64,000 nucleotides of DNA from the NCBI RefSeq assembly GCF_965213695.1, contig NZ_OZ243912.1:2297482-2361481 (forward strand). The letters run 5' to 3'. The stretch's first letter is position 1; the number at the start of each line of letters is the position of its first letter. Source of the stretch: Rubrivirga sp. Its GTDB lineage: Bacteria > Bacteroidota > Rhodothermia > Rhodothermales > Rubricoccaceae. Of the stretch, positions 53,162 through 61,840 are shown one piece after another. The notes below the pieces were generated by a model. That model was not told where the DNA came from. It did not search any database and saw only the letters and a list, made by a program, of their open reading frames with translations. A program made the position numbers and the translations under genes.

Positions 53162-54163
53162 TCATTCCACCAGCCACCGTGCCGCCTGCGCCGCGTAGTA
53201 CGTGACGACGAGGTCGGCGCCCGCCCGGCGGATGCTGGTGAGCGTTTCCAAGACCGCCCGGCGCTCGTCGATCCAGCCGCGCTCGGCGGCGGCCTTGAGC
53301 ATGGCGTACTCGCCCGAGACGTGGTACGCGCCGAGCGGCCGGTCCGGGACCGCCTGGCGGACGTCGCGGATCACGTCGAGGGTTGCGACGGCCGGCTTGA
53401 CCATCAGCAGGTCCGCCCCCTGCGCCACGTCGAGCGCCGCCTCGCGCACCGCCTCGCGGCGGTTGGCCGGGTCCATCTGGTGCGTCCGGCGGTCGCCGAA
53501 GACGGGCGCGCTGTCGGCGGCGTCGCGGAACGGGCCGTAAAAAGCGCTGGCGTACTTGACGGCGTAGCTGAAGATGCCGACGTGTGGGTACCCCGCCGCG
53601 TCGAGCCCGGCGCGGACCGCGCCCACCACCCCGTCGATCATCGACGACGGGGCCACCAGATCCGCCCCGGCGCGCGCGTGGCTGACGGCCGCGGCGACGT
53701 GGGCGGGCAGCGACGCCTCGAGCTCGAGCTCGCCGTCGGTGCCGAGCCAGCCGCAGTGGCCGTGGTCGGTGTACTCGCACAGGCACACGTCGGTGATCAC
53801 CGCCAGCTCCGGCACCTCGGCCTTGAGCGCGCGCACGGCCCGCTGGACCGCCTCGGAGTCGTCGCTGGCGGCCGAGCCCTCGGCGTCCTTGTGCGCCGGG
53901 ATCCCGAACAGCAGCACCCCACCGACGCCGAGCGCCGACGCCCGCTCGGCCTCCCGGACCGCCTCGTCGACCGAGAGCTGGAACACGCCGGGCATCGACG
54001 CGATCTCGTCTCGGACCCCCTCCCCCGCTTTCACGAACAGCGGCAGGACGAAGCTGGCCGGGTCCAGCCGCGTCTCGCGCACGAGCCGGCGGAGCGGCGC
54101 CGAGGCCCGCAACCGCATCGGGCGGTCTGGGCCGAAGGTGGGCGGAGGCAACAGGTCGATCAT
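53162..54163 (-). CDS. hemB: Porphobilinogen synthase
   Basis: [38 protein letters not shown]. Confidence 0.97.
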   Translation of the reverse strand: MIDLLPPPTFGPDRPMRLRASAPLRRLVRETRLDPASFVLPLFVKAGEGVRDEIASMPGVFQLSVDEAVREAERASALGVGGVLLFGIPAHKDAEGSAASDDSEAVQRAVRALKAEVPELAVITDVCLCEYTDHGHCGWLGTDGELELEASLPAHVAAAVSHARAGADLVAPSSMIDGVVGAVRAGLDAAGYPHVGIFSYAVKYASAFYGPFRDAADSAPVFGDRRTHQMDPANRREAVREAALDVAQGADLLMVKPAVATLDVIRDVRQAVPDRPLGAYHVSGEYAMLKAAAERGWIDERRAVLETLTSIRRAGADLVVTYYAAQAARWLVE

Positions 54164-54177
54164 GTGCAGAGAGGTCG

Positions 54178-54957
54178 CTACGACGTCCCCTCTCCCCCCG
54201 GGAGAGGGACAGGGTGAGGGGGGCTCAGGACGTGGGCCTCGAGCGCGGCGAGCAGGCCTGGGACGGTGTGCGGCTCGGCGACGGCGGTGGCCGTCAGACC
54301 GAACGGCGCCAGCGCTTCGGCCGTCACGGGGCCGATGGCGACGAGCGCGACGCCCGCCAGTGCGGCGAGATCGGCCGGGCCGAGGAAGCCACGAGCGGTC
54401 GACGGCGACGTGAACGCGACGGCGTCGGGCCGCCGCGCCAGCGCCTCCGCGACCGCCGCCGGGTCGGCGCCGACGACGGTCCGGTAGGCGGTCACGTCGT
54501 CGACCACGGCCCCGCGGTTTTCCAAGCCGGTCGCAATCGCCTCGCGGCCGATGTGAGACCGGAGCAAGACGACGCGGTCGCCGTCGGCCAGCGGGAGGTC
54601 ACGAACGAGCGCGTCGCCGACGAACCGGTCCGGCACGAAGTCGACCGGCGCCCCGCGCTCGCGGAGCGCCTCGGCCGTGCCCGACCCGACGGCGGCCACC
54701 CGGACACCGGCCGGCAGCCCACCCGCCGCGTCGATGGCGGCCCAGCCGAAGGCGACGCCGGTCGCGCTCGTGAACACGACCCAAGCCGCCCCGTCGAGCG
54801 ACCGGGCGGCCCGCGCCAGAGGTCCGGGCTCGGCCGGCTCGAAGCGGATGGCGGGGACCAGGAGCGGCGTCGCGCCCCGCTCGCGGAGCCCGTCGAGGAA
54901 GCCGTCGGCCTGCTCTTCGGCGCGAGTGACGACGATGGTGCGGCCGGCGAGCGTCAT
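54178..54957 (-). CDS. hemD: Uroporphyrinogen-III synthase
   Basis: [29 protein letters not shown]; C-terminus runs through a REP. Confidence 0.9.
   Translation of the reverse strand: MTLAGRTIVVTRAEEQADGFLDGLRERGATPLLVPAIRFEPAEPGPLARAARSLDGAAWVVFTSATGVAFGWAAIDAAGGLPAGVRVAAVGSGTAEALRERGAPVDFVPDRFVGDALVRDLPLADGDRVVLLRSHIGREAIATGLENRGAVVDDVTAYRTVVGADPAAVAEALARRPDAVAFTSPSTARGFLGPADLAALAGVALVAIGPVTAEALAPFGLTATAVAEPHTVPGLLAALEAHVLSPPHPVPLPGGEGTS
54185..54223. repeat. REP hairpin, CCCTCACCC/GGGAGAGGG family
   Basis: Inverted relative of 22474-22510; related copy ~28640-28672. Confidence 0.8.
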
Positions 54958-55880
54958 GGCAGGAGCGCGGCGGCGCCGTCGGCCAAGGCTCGTGCGGCGG
55001 CCTCCGCTCCGAGCGAGGTGCCCGACGCGAGCGCGTCGGCCGGGTCGAACGGGCCGTCCACGCGCGTCTCGACCGTCCGCGTGCCGTCGACCGAGACGAC
55101 GCGCGTGCGGAGGTGGAGTCGGTCGCCGTCGACGGTCCCGAGCGCGGCGATGGGCGCCGAGCACCCGCCGCCCAGGCCGGACAGGAACGCCCGCTCGGCC
55201 GTCACGGCGGCCCGCGTCTCGGGATGGTCAAGCGCGCCGACGAGCCGGGCGGCGTGGGACCCGGCGCGGACCTGGACGCCGAGCGCGGCCTGCCCCGGCG
55301 CTGGCAGCATCGTGTCGAGGTCGAGGACGGAGCGCGCGACGTCCCCAAGCCCCAGCCGGTCCAGGCCCGCCAGCGCCAGCACGCCCGCGTCGTAGTCGGC
55401 GCCCGCGATCTTGCGGACGCGGGTCTCGACGTTGCCGCGGATCGACCGGATCACCAGGTCGGGCCGGACGCGCAGCAACTGGGCGCCGCGGCGCAGGCTG
55501 CTCGTCCCGACCGTCGCGCCGGCGGGGAGGTCCGCCAGCGAGTGGCCGTCCGGACAGATCCAGGCGTCGCGGGCGTCGGCGCGAGCCGTGGTGGCCCCGA
55601 GCGCGAGACCGTCGGGGTCGGCCGTGGGGAGGTCTTTGAGCGAGTGGACGGCGAGGTCGATGGCGCCGTCGAGCAGGTCGCGCTCGAGCTCGAGCGTGAA
55701 CAGGCCCTTCCCCCCGATCTCGGGGAGCGGCTGGTCGAGCGTCCGGTCGCCCTGGGTCACGAACGGGACGAGGGCGACGTCGAGGCCGGGCCACGCGGCG
55801 CGGAGCGCGTCGGCGACGTATTCGGCCTGCCACGTCGCCAGCCGCGACGTCCGGGTGCCCAGGCGCAGGGCGTCAGGCAT
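54954..55880 (-). CDS. hemC: Hydroxymethylbilane synthase
   Basis: GTRTSRLA, GKGLFT, HSLKD, GTSSLRR, GGCSAPIA. Confidence 0.97.
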   Translation of the reverse strand: MPDALRLGTRTSRLATWQAEYVADALRAAWPGLDVALVPFVTQGDRTLDQPLPEIGGKGLFTLELERDLLDGAIDLAVHSLKDLPTADPDGLALGATTARADARDAWICPDGHSLADLPAGATVGTSSLRRGAQLLRVRPDLVIRSIRGNVETRVRKIAGADYDAGVLALAGLDRLGLGDVARSVLDLDTMLPAPGQAALGVQVRAGSHAARLVGALDHPETRAAVTAERAFLSGLGGGCSAPIAALGTVDGDRLHLRTRVVSVDGTRTVETRVDGPFDPADALASGTSLGAEAAARALADGAAALLP

Positions 55881-57108
55881 CGTCGTCGAGGTGCAGGAGC
55901 CGGCGGAGCGCGGCGTCGTCGCCGGCGCCGGACCGGAGGGCCGTCGTCACGTCGTGGAGCAGGCGGGTGGTGAGCGTGCGCGAGAGGAGGTCGGGGTCGC
56001 TGCACGCCCCGGACCGGTCGGGGCCGCACGTCCGGTCGGCGCACTTGCCGCAGACGTAGTCGAGGGTGTCCTGGCGGATGGCCTCGGCGCGGCGCCGGAA
56101 GTCGGCCACGAGCTGCTCGCGGCCGAGCCCGGCGAGCGTCTCGCAGAGGTCGGCGAGCGCGGTCTCGATGGCGGCCTCGACCTCGGGCACGGCCGCCTGG
56201 CGCGCCGCCAGCCCGGCGTCGACGACGGCCCCCAGCGCGTCGACGTCGGCCAGCGTCACGCCCGGCAACCGGCCGACGGCGGCGTCGACGGTGCGGGGCA
56301 CGCCCAAGTCGACCACGACCCGCTCGGCCCCGTCCGCCCAGGCCCAGGCCACCGTGGAGAGGTCGAGCGCCTGGCGGTCCGTCGCCGAGAACACGACGTC
56401 GGCGTCGGGCAGGACCTCCGCCAGCGCGTCCGGCCGGACGACGGCGAACCCGCGGTGGGCCGGGGCGTGGGCCGACACGAGCGTGACCGACGCCGCGTCG
56501 GCCTCGGCCAGCCGCCCGAGCAAGAGCCGCCCGATCTGGCCGGCCCCGATCACGACCACGTCGCGGCCCGCCAAGCTGCCCACGGCGTCGTCGGCCCACT
56601 GGACGGCGGCCGAGGCGGTCGACGCCGTTCCCCGGCCGAGGTCCGTCACGCGGCGGGCCCACTGCCCGGTCCGCACGGCCGCGTCGAAGGCGGCCCGCAA
56701 GGCGGGGTCGAGCACGCCGGCCGCCTCGGCCCCCGCTCGGGCCCGGCGGACCTGCCCCAGGATCTGGGCCTCCCCCAGCACGGCCGACTCCAAGCCCGCC
56801 GCGACCCGGAGCAGGTGGCGAAGCGCTGGTTCGCCCTGGGCCTGGCGGAGACCGTCGCGCGGCGCGTCCGGCCGAGCCGCTTCGAGTTGCCGTCGGCCCC
56901 ACGCCAGCAGGGCCGTCGCCGGGCGGTCGCCCGAGACGAAGAGCTCGACCCGGAAGCACGTCGAGACCAGACACGCGCCGAGGCCGGCCTCGCGCGCGGC
57001 GCGGTAGAGGCGGTCGGCGTCGAGGTCGCCCAGCGCCCACGTCTCGCGGACGTCGACGGGGCAGCGGGCCCCGTCCAGCCAGATGGCGGCGACGGTGGGG
57101 GCGGTCAT
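55873..57108 (-). CDS. hemA: Glutamyl-tRNA reductase
   Basis: STCFRVE, GLESAVLGEAQILGQV, IGAGQIG, DLGVPR. Confidence 0.92.
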   Translation of the reverse strand: MTAPTVAAIWLDGARCPVDVRETWALGDLDADRLYRAAREAGLGACLVSTCFRVELFVSGDRPATALLAWGRRQLEAARPDAPRDGLRQAQGEPALRHLLRVAAGLESAVLGEAQILGQVRRARAGAEAAGVLDPALRAAFDAAVRTGQWARRVTDLGRGTASTASAAVQWADDAVGSLAGRDVVVIGAGQIGRLLLGRLAEADAASVTLVSAHAPAHRGFAVVRPDALAEVLPDADVVFSATDRQALDLSTVAWAWADGAERVVVDLGVPRTVDAAVGRLPGVTLADVDALGAVVDAGLAARQAAVPEVEAAIETALADLCETLAGLGREQLVADFRRRAEAIRQDTLDYVCGKCADRTCGPDRSGACSDPDLLSRTLTTRLLHDVTTALRSGAGDDAALRRLLHLDDDA

Positions 57109-57764
57109 CGTTCGAGCGCGGGCGGCGCGTCGGACTCGTAGGCCGACGCGATCGTGAGCTGGACGTCGTTCATGAACCCGTTGACCCGGCGCATCAGTGC
57201 GATCTGGTCGGCCTGCGGCTGTTCTTCGAACCGCGGGTAGTACGCCGTCGACTCGGTGAGGACGTCGCGGAAGAACAGCGTCGCGCGCAGGGCCTCGGTC
57301 AGCGGCAGCCCGCGGTCCTTCATGTCGAGCGCGTAGCCCCACGCCAGCCGCCGGACCTCGGCGTCGCGCGCCTCGGGATCGCCCTGGTCGGCCACATGGC
57401 GGAGCAGGAGCCCGACAAGTTGTCGGCCGGTCTCACGGCGGTGCGACCGGTCGGCCCCCTCGAACGCCCGGTTCCAGGGCGCGTCGGCGTTCGACCGGAC
57501 CTCGTAGCGGGTGTGGACGACGGCGTGCTCGGCCCAGGCCTGCCCCTCGGGGTCGGCGACGACGTGCGCCGGTGCCGACGGCTCTGGAGCGCCCCGCTCG
57601 CGGCGGAGCCGCTCGACGGCCTCGACCGGGATCCGGCGGTGGCCGCCGGCCGTCCGGACCTCCGGCAGCCGCCCGTCGTCGGTCCACCGCCGGACGGTCC
57701 CGACGTGGACGCCCAGGCGTTCGGCGGCGGCGCTGACGCTGAGCAGGAGGGGTCGGTCGGCCAC
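57105..57764 (-). CDS. Excisionase/MerR-like HTH regulator with helical (RsbRD_N/globin-like) C-terminal domain
   Basis: SAAAERLGVHVGTVRRWTDDGRL...RTAGGHRRI; stop overlaps hemA ATG. Confidence 0.75.
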   Translation of the reverse strand: MADRPLLLSVSAAAERLGVHVGTVRRWTDDGRLPEVRTAGGHRRIPVEAVERLRRERGAPEPSAPAHVVADPEGQAWAEHAVVHTRYEVRSNADAPWNRAFEGADRSHRRETGRQLVGLLLRHVADQGDPEARDAEVRRLAWGYALDMKDRGLPLTEALRATLFFRDVLTESTAYYPRFEEQPQADQIALMRRVNGFMNDVQLTIASAYESDAPPALER

Positions 57765-57777
57765 AGGGAGGTTTGCG

Positions 57778-57792
57778 TAGGTTCCGAACCTA
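57778..57792. promoter_or_regulatory. Perfect 7-1-7 palindrome TAGGTTC-C-GAACCTA, candidate operator
   Basis: Lies 13 bp upstream of the HTH gene start. Confidence 0.45.
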
Positions 57793-57815
57793 GCGCCGGT
57801 CCCGAGACCCGCCCG

Positions 57816-58160
57816 GTGAAGACAGAATGCGTCCGCCTCGGCCCGCCGGACCGACGACCGAACGCGGCGCTCGGACCGCGAGGCCGCGAGGTCGAGCTCC
57901 TGGCGCTCTCGGCCGCCGACGGCGAGAGGGCCTACCGCGTGGCGACCTACTTCGCCGTCGTCGGCGACGCCGAGGCCGCGCTCCAGTGGCTCCGCAAGGC
58001 GGTGCACCTCGGCAACCACAACGCCCCGTGGCTCACGGCCAGCCCGGACTGGGCCGCGCTCCGGGAGGGCGACCCCGAGGTCCGCCGGGTGCTCCGGGAC
58101 CTGGCGGCGTCGCAGCCGGCGCTCCACGAGCGCTGGCGCCGCGTGCTCCCCCGGCTCTGA
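57816..58160 (+). pseudogene. Probable 3' remnant of a TPR-containing protein
   Basis: AYRVATYFAVVGDAEAALQWLRKAVHLG..PWL..SPDWAALR resembles a TPR C-terminus; no room for the N-terminal part. Confidence 0.45.
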
Positions 58161-58281
58161 CGCCGTTTGTGCCGTCGGCGTCATGGTGACGGCGACGTAC
58201 CCGACCGGCAAACGGTCCGGACGGTGAACCTCGGTCGGGGTCGGCGGCTGGTTAGATTGCCGTTGCTTCCGACGCTCACGA

Positions 58282-60441
58282 ATGCAGCACTCCATCGCGG
58301 GCATCCTCCGCACCTCCAACTATGGCCTCGACCTGTTCACGGCCGACGAGATCGCGGCCCTGGACCTGATCGACAAGAAGGGAAAGCCGTACCTCCACGA
58401 TCCCATCCGAAGCAAGGACGTGCGAGCCAAGCCCGAGGAGATCGTCCGCCAGCTGTTCCTGCGCCAGTTGACCGGCCGCTACGGGTACCCCGCCGACCGG
58501 ATCGGCGTCGAGAAGGCCGTGCGGATGGGCCGCGACACCTCGAAGTCGGCCGACGTCATCATCACCGACGCCGACGACCCGCAGGCGGCCTACGTGATCG
58601 TCGAGGTCAAGCGGCCGACCGAGAAGAAGGGGATCGAGCAGCTCAAGACCTACGCCAACGCCCAGGGCGCACCCCTCGCGGTGTGGACCAACGGGGCGAC
58701 CATCCGCATCCTGCACCGCGAGCAGGCCAGCGGCAAGGCGGCGGGCTACGTCGGGCTCGACCGCTTGCCGCTGGCGACCGAGACCATCGACGACGTCCTC
58801 GACCGGACGCTGACCATCGACCAGCTGGCCCAGGAGAACCGGCTGGTGACGGAGCGGCTGACGCTGAAGTCGATCATCCTGGACCTGGAGAACCTCGTCC
58901 TCGCCAACTCGGGCGTGGACGCCTTCGAGGAGGTGTTCAAGCTGGTCTACGCCAAGCTCTACGACGAGTGGGCGGCGACGAACGAGCGGCGCGACCGGCT
59001 GGTCCACTTCCGTGTCGCCGGCACCGACAGCAAGACGGCCGAGCGCATCCGGGGACTGTTCGAGGCGGCGAAGGACAAGTGGCCGGGCATCTTCCTGGAC
59101 GGCGAGACGATCAACCTGACGCCGGGCCAGCTCAAGACGGCCGTCTCGTTTTTGCAGGGGATCAAGCTGTTCAACTCGAACCTCCAGGTGATCGACGAGG
59201 CGTTCGAGTACCTGACCGTCGCCGTGGCCAAGGGGTCGAAGGGCCAGTACTTCACGCCGCGCCACGTGATCGACATGGCGGTGATGATGACCGACCCGCA
59301 GCGGAACGAGACCGTGATCGATACCGCCGCCGGCTCGTGCGGGTTCACGGTCCACGCCCTCTTTCACGTCTGGGGCGACGAGTTCACGGCCGAGGGTCCC
59401 AAGCCGTGGCAGGTCGAGTACGCCCGCGAGAAGGTCTACGCGCTCGACTTCGACGCCCGCTCGGTCAAGGTGGCGCGGGCGCTCAACCTGATCGCGGGCG
59501 ACGGCAAGACCAACGTCTACCGTGCCAACACGTTGGACCCGCGCGAGTGGGACGAGGACACGCGCGTCGGGATGAAGCGCCGGCTCCGCAAGATGGGCTC
59601 GGCCGGCGAGACGCGGGAGAACGCCGAGGCCATGCGCTTCTTCGACTTCGACGTGTTGCTCGCCAATCCGCCCTTCGCCGGCGACCTCACCGACGCCCGC
59701 ATCTTGCGCCAGTACGACCTCGCGCGCAAGGTCGAGGCCGTGGACCCCGAGACGCTGGCGGACGACCCGGACGCCTTCGAGGAGTACCAGCGTAGCCCGT
59801 TCGCCCGCTACCGCGACAAGCCGGGCAAGTGGGACTCGAAGCAGCCGCGCGACGTGCTGTTTATCGAGCGCAACCTGGACTTCCTCGCGCCCGGCGGACG
59901 GATGGCCGTCGTGCTCCCCCAAGGCCGGTTCAACAACGTCACCGACGGCTACCTCCGGGCCTGGATCGGGGCGCACGCCCGGATCGTGGCCGTCGTGGGC
60001 CTGGACGTGGACACGTTCAAGCCGCACACGGGCACCAAGACGAGCGTGCTCGTGCTCCAGAAATGGAACGAGGACCCAGAGAGCGACACCTACAACCCGC
60101 GCCGCGACGACTACCCGATCTTTTTCGCCACCTCCGAGGTGTCGGGCAAGAACAGCCGCGGCGACTACGTGCACCTCATCGACCCCGAGGACGGCGGGCT
60201 GCTCCTGGACCTGGAGGGCCACCCCATCGTGGACCACGATCTGTTCGACGTGCGCGGCGTGCTCCGGGGCCAGATGGCGCGGCAGCGCGTGCAGCTGGCG
60301 GACAACCCGGCGGCGCTGGCGGCGGCCGAGGCCCGATACAAGCGGCTCGTCACGATCCTGCCCAACCGGGAGACGATTGCCGAGGCGTTCGCCGACTTCG
60401 CCCGCCAGCAGGGCTTGTCGTTTGCCCCGGAGGCGGACTGA
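58282..60441 (+). CDS. Fused restriction-modification enzyme (HsdR_N-like nuclease + N6-adenine MTase)
   Basis: KPEEIVRQ, AD-x-IVEVK nuclease motif, GQYFTP, DTAAGSCGF, NPPF. Confidence 0.88.
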   Translation: MQHSIAGILRTSNYGLDLFTADEIAALDLIDKKGKPYLHDPIRSKDVRAKPEEIVRQLFLRQLTGRYGYPADRIGVEKAVRMGRDTSKSADVIITDADDPQAAYVIVEVKRPTEKKGIEQLKTYANAQGAPLAVWTNGATIRILHREQASGKAAGYVGLDRLPLATETIDDVLDRTLTIDQLAQENRLVTERLTLKSIILDLENLVLANSGVDAFEEVFKLVYAKLYDEWAATNERRDRLVHFRVAGTDSKTAERIRGLFEAAKDKWPGIFLDGETINLTPGQLKTAVSFLQGIKLFNSNLQVIDEAFEYLTVAVAKGSKGQYFTPRHVIDMAVMMTDPQRNETVIDTAAGSCGFTVHALFHVWGDEFTAEGPKPWQVEYAREKVYALDFDARSVKVARALNLIAGDGKTNVYRANTLDPREWDEDTRVGMKRRLRKMGSAGETRENAEAMRFFDFDVLLANPPFAGDLTDARILRQYDLARKVEAVDPETLADDPDAFEEYQRSPFARYRDKPGKWDSKQPRDVLFIERNLDFLAPGGRMAVVLPQGRFNNVTDGYLRAWIGAHARIVAVVGLDVDTFKPHTGTKTSVLVLQKWNEDPESDTYNPRRDDYPIFFATSEVSGKNSRGDYVHLIDPEDGGLLLDLEGHPIVDHDLFDVRGVLRGQMARQRVQLADNPAALAAAEARYKRLVTILPNRETIAEAFADFARQQGLSFAPEAD

Positions 60442-60444
60442 CCG

Positions 60445-61836
60445 ATGGCCGTCTGGAGCGTCGTCCCGTTCTCCCGTTTTGCTGATGCTGATCGGCTGGA
60501 CGCAGAGTATTTCCAGCCGGTCTACGAAGATCTGGCGACTCGGATTGAGACTCTGTCTCACCCGGTGGAGGAGTTGGGAGACCTCGTGACGAGCGGCTAC
60601 CGGGTCGTGTACGAGAACACAACTATTCTGGATGAGCCGTTCGATCCGACCAAGCACGTCCGCTTTCTCCAATCCGCGAACATCCCGAACTGGTCTCCAT
60701 CGATTGACACGGAGAGCATGGGATGGGTCAGCCGGTCGGATTGGGAGCGGTACCCCAAGGGCCGTATCAAGCCCGGCGAGCTTCTAATAGAGGTGAAAGG
60801 GAAGGCGGAGAAGGTCGTTCAAGTGCCCGATGACTTCGACGTAGAAGCACTCGCGACAGGGACCCTGTTCAAGTTGAGTCTGAACACGTCCCGAGTGGAG
60901 CCGGCCTACGTGCTTGCTTATCTCCTCAGCGATGTCGGGCGGCGCCTTCGGGATCGGCTCAAGTCGAACATCATGGTGCCGTACATCAACAAGGACGGAC
61001 TGTACGGTATCCCGATTGTCCTGCCGCCCCGCAGCGTTCAGGAGGTCGTCGCCGATTCATGTCGCCAGTCATCAGCGCTCCGAGACCAGGCTAAACAACG
61101 CTACGCCGACGCCGAGGCGCTGCTGGCGGACGCGCTCGGGCTGGCCGGGCTCACGCTCCCGACGCCCAAGACCTACACGGCGATGTTCAGCGACGCCGCC
61201 GCCGCCGAGCGCTTGGACGCGGGCTACTTCCACCCCGAGAAGCGGGCCATGCTCGCCCACCTCGGCCGCGACGGCGCCCAACCGCTGAGCGCCTACGTCC
61301 GCTCCGTCCGCAAGATGGTGACTCCGTCGAAGTGCGACCCGGACGCAGCGGTCCGCAACTTCGACCTGCCCGACGCGCTCCGCTTCCACCTCAGCGACGA
61401 CGTGCCGGCGACGACGTTCGGGGAGCTGGGCAGCACCAAAAAGGCCATGCGGCCCGGCGACGTGGCCGTCTCGCGCCTGCGGTTCTATCTCAAAGAGGTC
61501 GCCGTCGTCCGCACCGCGTCCGGGTTGCCCGTCGTCGGGTCGAGCGAGTTCTACGTGCTCCGTCCGGTCGCGGGCGCCGGCCTGCGCGCCGAGGCCGTCG
61601 TCGTGCTGCTCCGGTCGGAGGCTGTCCAGTCGATCCTGAAGTGGTGCCAGAACGGCTCGGCGCACCCCCGCTTCGACGAGCGCGACCTGCTGAGCATCCC
61701 GGTACCGCCGGCGCTGCTCGACGTGCAGGACGAGATCGCCGACCTGCTCAGCCAGTCCATCGAGCTAGAGCGCGAGTCGGCCCGCCAGCTGGCCGAGGCG
61801 ACGGCGCGCGTGGAAGCCCTCGTCCTCGCCGCCTGA
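60445..61836 (+). CDS. R-M specificity (HsdS-like) subunit with two TRDs
   Basis: Repeated conserved blocks DRLDAEYF / ERLDAGYF, IPIVLP / IPVPP; 3 bp after the MTase. Confidence 0.8.
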   Translation: MAVWSVVPFSRFADADRLDAEYFQPVYEDLATRIETLSHPVEELGDLVTSGYRVVYENTTILDEPFDPTKHVRFLQSANIPNWSPSIDTESMGWVSRSDWERYPKGRIKPGELLIEVKGKAEKVVQVPDDFDVEALATGTLFKLSLNTSRVEPAYVLAYLLSDVGRRLRDRLKSNIMVPYINKDGLYGIPIVLPPRSVQEVVADSCRQSSALRDQAKQRYADAEALLADALGLAGLTLPTPKTYTAMFSDAAAAERLDAGYFHPEKRAMLAHLGRDGAQPLSAYVRSVRKMVTPSKCDPDAAVRNFDLPDALRFHLSDDVPATTFGELGSTKKAMRPGDVAVSRLRFYLKEVAVVRTASGLPVVGSSEFYVLRPVAGAGLRAEAVVVLLRSEAVQSILKWCQNGSAHPRFDERDLLSIPVPPALLDVQDEIADLLSQSIELERESARQLAEATARVEALVLAA

Positions 61837-61840
61837 GCCC

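Noticed and set aside
57105-57764. Excisionase-like HTH as evidence of a prophage or ICE
   Set aside because: Fused to a large helical domain and coupled to hemA; no integrase or phage genes nearby.
57798-57808. GGTCCCGAGAC as an attL/attR copy of the tRNA-Leu 3' end
   Set aside because: Only 8 contiguous matching bases in GC-rich DNA; expected by chance.
58251-58257. GTTAGAT core site before the R-M genes, suggesting another cassette
   Set aside because: No complementary inverse core or attC hairpin found after the R-M or DUF genes.
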